A program made the translations under genes and the position numbers. From positions 1 to 12,108 of the forward strand of contig CAXBPH010000212.1 in the NCBI GenBank assembly GCA_963977445.1: DNA of 12,108 nt, in the 5' to 3' direction. The notes beneath the pieces are model-generated. The model ran no database searches, was not told the DNA's origin, and saw only the letters and a list, made by a program, of their open reading frames with translations. Numbering within the stretch: the stretch's first letter is position 1; every line of letters begins with the position of its first letter. Below, piece by piece: positions 7,207-12,108 of this stretch. The stretch is from an uncultured bacterium. Its GTDB lineage: Bacteria; Hydrogenedentota; Hydrogenedentia; Hydrogenedentales; JAEUWI01.

Positions 7207-7602
7207 CTATTCCTTAGAAGACGTGCTCGTCACATCGTCTTCATTACCGGGCACGCCGTCGGGCCCGGAGGACCAGACCACGTAGTCCGCTTTTATGGCA
7301 TCGGTGGCCGGCGTGTAGTTGTAGGGATTGCCCCAGGGGTCGTCTCGGAGTTCTTTGAGGTAATTGCGCTTCCCATTTACCGCTTCGGTGAGGGCATCGA
7401 GCGCCGGGGGATAGGTATCGTTATTGTCCAGAGCGTACAGGTCGATAGCGGTCGAAAAACTCGCAATATCGCCCTTTGCTGCCCGTATTTGCGTCTCCTG
7501 GACCCGTCCACCAAAGGTGACGACGACCATGCCCGCGAGAATACCGATGATCACGGTTACCAGAATCAATTCGATGAGCGTGAAACCGCTATTGCTCTTC
7601 AT
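7207..7602 (-). CDS. gspG: Major pseudopilin GspG
   Basis: NSG/FTLIELILVTVIIGILAG N-methylation motif; AIDLYALDN..YP; DPWGNPYNY; C-terminal SSGPDGVPGNEDD calcium-loop motif of GspG. AGGAAG lies upstream of the ATG. Confidence 0.95.
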   Translation of the reverse strand: MKSNSGFTLIELILVTVIIGILAGMVVVTFGGRVQETQIRAAKGDIASFSTAIDLYALDNNDTYPPALDALTEAVNGKRNYLKELRDDPWGNPYNYTPATDAIKADYVVWSSGPDGVPGNEDDVTSTSSKE

Positions 7603-7663
7603 GAGATGCTCTTCCTACAGGTATTACCTACAACCCACTACCGGGGAATATTGCTCACGGAAC

Positions 7664-7699
7664 AGTATAGTACAGAACGGGCTCCCGCCCCAATGGCAA
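7664..7699 (-). promoter_or_regulatory. Possible promoter of the gsp operon
   Basis: Good -10-like TATACT at 7669-7664, overlapping TACTAT. The -35 is ambiguous: TTGGGG at 18 nt spacing, or TTGCCA (7699-7694) at non-canonical spacing. Confidence 0.35.
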
Positions 7700-7727
7700 T
7701 CCGGGTTCTATCGGGCTGCTCCGCAAC

Positions 7728-8141
7728 TCACTCGCTCTTGGCATCTTCCTGGGCTTCAAGGCGCAAGGAGGCCGAGTTGATGCAGTAGCGGTGTCCGGTG
7801 GGGGCCGGGCCATCGGGAAAGACATGGCCCAAGTGGGAATCACAGCGGCTGCAGTGCACTTCAGAGCGCCGCATCCCGAAACTTACATCCTCTTCGGTCT
7901 CCACATTATCGGGGCCGATAGGCTGGAAATAGCTGGGCCATCCCGTGCCGGAATCAAATTTATGCGCCGCATCGAAGAGAGGTTGTCCACAGCCCACGCA
8001 ATGATAGACCCCCGGACGCTTCTCGTCATTGTATGCCCCGGTGAAGGCCGGTTCCGTCCCTTTTTGTCGCGCGACACGATATTGCTCCGGCGTCAGGAGT
8101 TCTTGCCACTCGTCATCGGATTTTGAAATCTTATCGACCAT
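7728..8141 (-). CDS. msrB: Peptide-methionine (R)-S-oxide reductase MsrB
   Basis: LTPEQYRVARQKGTEPAFTG, two Zn-binding CxxC motifs (CVGC, CSRC), KFDSGTGWPSY, HLGHVFPDGP and catalytic RYCINS. Start reassigned to ATG 8141, which has GAGGT upstream; 137 aa. Confidence 0.98.
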   Translation of the reverse strand: MVDKISKSDDEWQELLTPEQYRVARQKGTEPAFTGAYNDEKRPGVYHCVGCGQPLFDAAHKFDSGTGWPSYFQPIGPDNVETEEDVSFGMRRSEVHCSRCDSHLGHVFPDGPAPTGHRYCINSASLRLEAQEDAKSE

Positions 8142-8295
8142 AACGCTACCTCGTTTCTTTTCGCTCACTGGAAACCGTATGTTTCTTCAGTCTAACACGG
8201 AAGTGTACTCTTTTTGCGACCTGTCTCCGAAATAAATTTCGGTAATAAAGGCCAGAATTCAGCGGGGGGTTACGACGCAAAGCGACACGTACTGC

Positions 8296-8380
8296 TTGAA
8301 TTTGTGCTCCGCTATTATGTTTTAATTGATTGTTAAGATTTGGCAATAATGCAGTAAAATGGCGGATTCCTATTCGCCAC
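8296..8380 (+). promoter_or_regulatory. AT-rich divergent promoter region with candidate promoter for the 8432 gene
   Basis: Markedly AT-rich tract between divergent genes. TAAAAT (-10-like) at 8355-8360 with TTAAGA 16 nt upstream, followed by the hairpin TGGCGGAT-tcct-ATTCGCCA (8360-8379). Confidence 0.4.
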
Positions 8381-8431
8381 GAAAAACGTAGTCTGAATCA
8401 ACCCGCCGACTACGAATGAGAGGAGTATCCT

Positions 8432-8776
8432 ATGGCAACCATGACAGCAAGCGGTTACAAGTGGCTATACGACGCGACGCGAGCAAAAGTTTCCGACAAG
8501 CTTCAAAAAGAAGGGGTGGACGTGGAAACGATCCAGCGCTTTTTTAACGAGCTGGACAAAAAGAAAAAGGCGAAATCAGGAAAGAGCGCCCGGCTTGCCG
8601 AAGTTGCCCATCAGGATCGCGTGATGGAGCTTCTAGAAGACAAGGGCCTCACCTCGATTGAGGATGTGAAGAAGAATGCCGTCAAGTATGGCAAGAAGGT
8701 CAAAGTAGTCGTGCGCAGCAAAAATGGCGCAGTTCAACTTTCCGTGGACGGCAAAAAGGTTGCAAGTGCCGGTTAG
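8432..8776 (+). CDS. Hypothetical small basic (Lys-rich) protein, 114 aa
   Basis: Strong Shine-Dalgarno GAGAGGAG upstream of the ATG, protein-like composition and its own terminator downstream. No family recognised. Confidence 0.85.
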   Translation: MATMTASGYKWLYDATRAKVSDKLQKEGVDVETIQRFFNELDKKKKAKSGKSARLAEVAHQDRVMELLEDKGLTSIEDVKKNAVKYGKKVKVVVRSKNGAVQLSVDGKKVASAG

Positions 8777-8807
8777 GGAAATCCTGCGGACAACACGCCA
8801 GATAAAT

Positions 8808-8855
8808 CGGGCGTATGCGACACCAGGTGTCGTATACGCCCGTCTTCATTTTTTT
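8808..8855 (+). terminator. Intrinsic terminator after the small basic gene
   Basis: Near-perfect inverted repeat CGGGCGTATGCGACACC-A-GGTGTCGTATACGCCCG (8808-8842, one G:U pair), followed by TCTTCATTTTTTT. Confidence 0.8.
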
Positions 8856-9169
8856 CATGAGAAGGGTTAATGGTTGGAGATCACCAACTGTTCCTTTTGG
8901 GGGAGTGTGGGAAAGGGCTGGTGCGGTTCCCGCTGATACCAATAGGCGAATGAAGCCAGAATGTCGTTGAGAGGCAGATAGCGTCTTTCTCTCCGGTGCC
9001 TTCTTCCAAGGTGTCCCTAACGCCCGGACCTTTTTTACCGGTCGGGTTTTTCGGGCTGATGGACCGGGATTGGGCATCTTTGAGCTGATAGCGTTGCGCG
9101 AGGGGGGGCAGGGGTCGTGTGGGAAAAATCTCTGGTTGATTTGCGGTCCCATACACGGGCATCGCAGGT

Positions 9170-9199
9170 TTGAACGCTCACTGGGCGCGTCAGTACACT
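9170..9199 (+). promoter_or_regulatory. Candidate sigma70-type promoter for the hydrolase-corA unit
   Basis: TTGAAC (9170-9175), an 18-nt spacer, then TACACT (9194-9199), about 50 nt upstream of ATG 9251 with an AGGA RBS. Confidence 0.45.
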
Positions 9200-9250
9200 G
9201 GTGCATCACGCGAACCCATCGAAACGCTCCACTTTACATAGGAATTTGAA

Positions 9251-10771
9251 ATGGCCTTTTGGAAATCAGGAATACTCATTTGCCTGGTGACGCTTCTTGC
9301 GGTACCAGTTTTTGGCCAGAGCACGCCAACCCTACGCGCTGGTGCCGCTAAAAGTGACCTGTCCCGCGTGGAGGAAGGCCTGCGTATTAATGACCCGGTC
9401 TATGCCAAGGCTTTGGTCTTGGATGACGGTGTGACCAAGGCCGCTATTATTGGCATGGATGTAACAGCGATTGGGGGAATTGGAGAAGTTTCCGATGCGT
9501 TTCTGCCCGAACTACGTGCCCGAATCGAAAATGAGTTGGGCATCCCGGGGCTGAATGTGCTGGTAAATGCTTCCCACAACCACCCACCACTGAATTTCCT
9601 GTGTTCCCACGAAGAGCAGGTGGCGAAAACCTTCGATGCCGTGAAACGGGCTGCAGCGCAGTTGGAGCCTGTGACGGCCGGGGCGGGAGAGGGGCTCGAA
9701 AAACGTATTTCCATGAACCGCACCTTACGTCTCAGTGATGGCACGGGTTGGACCATTCGTCACAGTAACCCCTCGCCGCCCGATGACGTGGTGGAGAGTG
9801 TGGGGCCGGTCGACCCAGAGATCGGCATCCTCCGACTCGACAGGGCCGATGGAACACCGCTGGCCGTGGTTTACAATTTTGCCTGCCATCCCTATGTCAC
9901 CGTGCCTGAGGGCGGCGTCACGGCGGATTTCCCTGGTTTTGCTTCGAAGGCTATCGAGGAAAATCTTCCTGGTGCCCTCGCGATTTTCCTGCAGGGCGCG
10001 GGCGGTGACATTACGCCCATACTCTATAAAGATGTGAATCGTGCGCGGGATTCCGCACCCGAGGGACGTATCCTCGGGTTGACCACCCTAAAGGCGGTGC
10101 GGGCCATCGAAACCAAACCCGCCACACTGCGGGTGGTAAACGAGGCCCTACGGCTGCCCCGAAAGGCAGACTTTGACGAACGGGTTGCCGAATTGGAGGT
10201 TGAGCAGGACCAACTGCTTCGTTCACTCCGTGGGACCAGTCTGAACTTCAAGACCTTCGTGCCCCTTTATGTCAAGCACCTGATGGACCCAGAACATCCA
10301 CTGGATTACAAATATCGCTATCTTCAGTCAGCATCCATTGGCGAAGATGAATTCGGCGATATCGATGAGCAGAACCGCTCCCATCTGGATAAATACATCC
10401 GGAATATTCGTGCTATGGAACAAATGGCCCGAAATCAGGATAAGATAGCCACGCTACGCCGTCACCAGAAGATTAATGATGACTCCGGAGAAGATACGAT
10501 AGCCACCGAAGTTCAGGGTATTCGCATTGGCGACTTTGTTTTGGTCTCTTCACCGACCGAAATGCTCTCCACCGTCGGGATGAATGTGAAGAACGCATCG
10601 CCCTTCGAACACACCTTCGTTGCGGCCTATTCAAATGGCTATATCCACTATGGCCCGCCCGCCTCTGAGTATGCCATGGGCGGGTATGAAGCCACCGAAT
10701 GCTTGCTGGATCCCGCCTGGCAGTCCCTGTATGAAACGAAAGCGGCGGCAGTGCTGAAGGCCCTGGAGTAA
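9251..10771 (+). CDS. Exported neutral/alkaline ceramidase-like metallo-amidohydrolase (substrate unknown)
   Basis: Sec signal peptide (MAFWKSGILICLVTLLAVPVFG-Q). Motifs LRAGAAKSD, DPVYAKALVLDDG, NASHNH (family ATHTH), NFACHP, ADFPG, FLQGAGGD and GYEAT match the neutral ceramidase N-terminal-domain family. Confidence 0.8.
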   Translation: MAFWKSGILICLVTLLAVPVFGQSTPTLRAGAAKSDLSRVEEGLRINDPVYAKALVLDDGVTKAAIIGMDVTAIGGIGEVSDAFLPELRARIENELGIPGLNVLVNASHNHPPLNFLCSHEEQVAKTFDAVKRAAAQLEPVTAGAGEGLEKRISMNRTLRLSDGTGWTIRHSNPSPPDDVVESVGPVDPEIGILRLDRADGTPLAVVYNFACHPYVTVPEGGVTADFPGFASKAIEENLPGALAIFLQGAGGDITPILYKDVNRARDSAPEGRILGLTTLKAVRAIETKPATLRVVNEALRLPRKADFDERVAELEVEQDQLLRSLRGTSLNFKTFVPLYVKHLMDPEHPLDYKYRYLQSASIGEDEFGDIDEQNRSHLDKYIRNIRAMEQMARNQDKIATLRRHQKINDDSGEDTIATEVQGIRIGDFVLVSSPTEMLSTVGMNVKNASPFEHTFVAAYSNGYIHYGPPASEYAMGGYEATECLLDPAWQSLYETKAAAVLKALE

Positions 10772-10825
10772 CCCCTTGTCTTCAGCGATGGTGTACCCGA
10801 TACCCCTTGGGGTGGAGAAGTCCAG

Positions 10826-11911
10826 ATGAGACGCAGAAAACGAAAAAAGGGATCGAAGGGCCAAAAGTTCAGTGATAAGGCCGGTCTGTCGCCGGGCACG
10901 CCGGTATTTATTGGTCGTCGTAAACAAAAGACCACCGAATTGGACGTGTTGAGTTATGGCCTCGATACGATTCGGGAAATTATGCCGGCAAGCCTGGAAG
11001 ACTGTGTTCTTTCTGACCAGAGCGGTGAAGTAACGTGGATAAACGTATTCGGTATCCACGACGTGGATCTCATCAGCGCATTGGGGGAGCGTTTTAATAT
11101 TCACCCCCTGACCCTGGAAGACATCGTAAATACGGCGCAGCGACCAAAAGCAGAGGAATTCGACAACTACTTCTTTGTGGTGCTGAAGATGATGACCTAT
11201 AGCGAGAAGACCCATGAGATCGACATTGAAACGGTCAGCATGGTCTTTGGTGAAGGCTTCGTCATCTCCTTTCAAGAACGGGACGGCGATGCCTTTGATT
11301 CTGTCAGAGAGCGGATCCGGGCCAACAAGGGGCGCATTCGAAAAATGGCGGCCGACTACCTCGCCTATGCGCTGATGGATGCGGTGGTCGATGCCTACTT
11401 TGTTGCGTTGGAGCAAATCGGCGAGCATATCGAAATGGTGGAGGACGAGATAGTCGCGAATCCTGTGTCGGCCCAAATGCAGGAAATCCACCGCCTGAAG
11501 CGGGAGATCCTCTATCTTAGAAAATCCGTCTGGCCCCTGCGAGAAGAGATTGCCGCTATCCTGAAGACCGAATCCACCTTGGTTAAAGAGGAAACCCGGG
11601 TCTACTTACGCGACGTCTATGACCACACCATCCGGGTTATCGACATGGTGGAGACGAGTCGCGATATATTGAGCAGCATGCACGATATCTATCTGTCGAG
11701 CGTGAGTAATCGCATGAACGAAGTCATGAAGGTGCTCACTATTATTGCCACCATCTTCATCCCCCTGACCTTTATCGTAGGTGTCTACGGGATGAATTTT
11801 GACCACATGCCGGAATTGCGCTGGCGGTGGGGCTACCTCTATGTTTGGGGAATTATGTTTACCATGACCCTTGCCATGGTGGGCTATTTTCGAAAGAAGC
11901 GCTGGCTTTAA
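10826..11911 (+). CDS. corA: Magnesium/cobalt transporter CorA
   Basis: KAGLSPGT N-terminus, WINVFG, IHPLTLEDI...QRPK, NRMNEVMKVLT, YGMNF signature, MPEL loop and two C-terminal TM helices; 361 aa. Confidence 0.98.
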   Translation: MRRRKRKKGSKGQKFSDKAGLSPGTPVFIGRRKQKTTELDVLSYGLDTIREIMPASLEDCVLSDQSGEVTWINVFGIHDVDLISALGERFNIHPLTLEDIVNTAQRPKAEEFDNYFFVVLKMMTYSEKTHEIDIETVSMVFGEGFVISFQERDGDAFDSVRERIRANKGRIRKMAADYLAYALMDAVVDAYFVALEQIGEHIEMVEDEIVANPVSAQMQEIHRLKREILYLRKSVWPLREEIAAILKTESTLVKEETRVYLRDVYDHTIRVIDMVETSRDILSSMHDIYLSSVSNRMNEVMKVLTIIATIFIPLTFIVGVYGMNFDHMPELRWRWGYLYVWGIMFTMTLAMVGYFRKKRWL

Positions 11912-11912
11912 C

Positions 11913-11951
11913 CGTGCCGCCTGGTCGGTGGGGGGGGGCGGTACGTTCATT
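11913..11951 (+). terminator. Possible terminator-like hairpin after corA
   Basis: CGTGCCGCC (11913-11921) can pair with GGCGGTACG (11937-11945) around a G-rich loop. Only a weak T-tract (TTCATT) follows. Confidence 0.3.
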
Positions 11952-12012
11952 CGGCGCGCAGTGCACCTTGAGATAGTTGACATCCCGAATCGACCATCCC
12001 TGCTAAATCATA

Positions 12013-12108
12013 GTTAATCCACCGGCTCTGCCGGTGAGAATTCATCAGGCTCAGCCGTTCCGTCGAGTTCTTCTATGGTTAGCTCAAGCGGCGTAATTTT
12101 TGTAGTGT
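12013..12108. mobile_element. Possible end of an IS200/IS605-type element (subterminal hairpin), continuing beyond the window
   Basis: TTAATC-CACCGGC-TCT-GCCGGTG-AG perfect hairpin (12020-12036) resembles, from memory, the subterminal hairpins of IS200/IS605 (Y1 HUH transposase) elements. No transposase is visible in the window. Confidence 0.35.

Noticed and set aside
4434..7788. Long plus-strand ORFs 4434..5084, 6217..6777, 7123..7788 and similar
   Set aside because: They are antisense to well-supported gsp genes in GC-rich DNA and have no recognisable motifs.
8340..8356. Sigma54-like TGGCA...TGCA upstream of the small basic gene
   Set aside because: The GG-to-GC spacing is 7 nt rather than the required 10.
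8905..8970. Cobalamin riboswitch-like fragments (GGGAA..GGTGCG.TTCC.GCTG and AAGCCAGAA)
   Set aside because: The core CCCGC.ACTGT and the GACC of the B12 box are missing, and the downstream gene is not B12-related. An Rfam scan would settle it.
8700..9209. Minus-strand ORFs 8700..9209 and 8881..9162
   Set aside because: Atypical composition and no recognisable motif. The longer one crosses a terminator and overlaps the 8432 gene.
10631..11491. 286-aa minus-strand ORF
   Set aside because: Antisense shadow of corA and the end of the hydrolase gene.
11930..11938. G9 homopolymer as a phase-variation tract
   Set aside because: It lies downstream of the corA stop, outside any CDS or credible promoter spacer.
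11977..12009. Perfect TTGACA -35 hexamer at 11977-11982
   Set aside because: No acceptable -10 at 16-18 nt spacing; the nearest AT-rich hexamer (TAAATC) is 21 nt away. It could be a promoter disrupted by the putative insertion, but this cannot be supported.
12084..12108. tmRNA tag-like peptide end (NYAA-stop) on the minus strand
   Set aside because: I found no tRNA-like T-arm or CCA 3' end downstream, and a full tmRNA 3' half would run into corA.
1..12108. CRISPR arrays, tRNA/rRNA genes, integrases or defence genes
   Set aside because: No regularly spaced nucleotide repeats, cloverleaf motifs or matching protein motifs were seen. The secretin repeats are evident only at protein level.

Overview
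Bacterial chromosomal window dominated by a tightly packed minus-strand type II secretion (T2SS)-like operon, in the order gspG-H-I-J-K-L-M-(C-like)-D. The secretin gene gspD runs off the left edge and is missing from the supplied ORF track; I translated it by hand. No ATPase (gspE), platform (gspF) or prepilin peptidase gene is in the window. Upstream are msrB (minus strand), then on the plus strand a small Lys-rich orphan gene with a strong terminator, a signal-peptide-bearing neutral ceramidase-like hydrolase and corA. A hairpin at the far right may be an IS200/IS605-type end. The system class is known, but several parts look atypical. The secretin has a ~110-aa low-complexity N-terminus and four compact ~61-aa N-domain repeats. 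The GspM-like protein carries an extra C-terminal beta-sandwich (CBM-like) domain. The major pseudopilin lacks Pro22. GspL looks like a PilM-PilN fusion. All calls come from motif recognition by eye; no database search was run.
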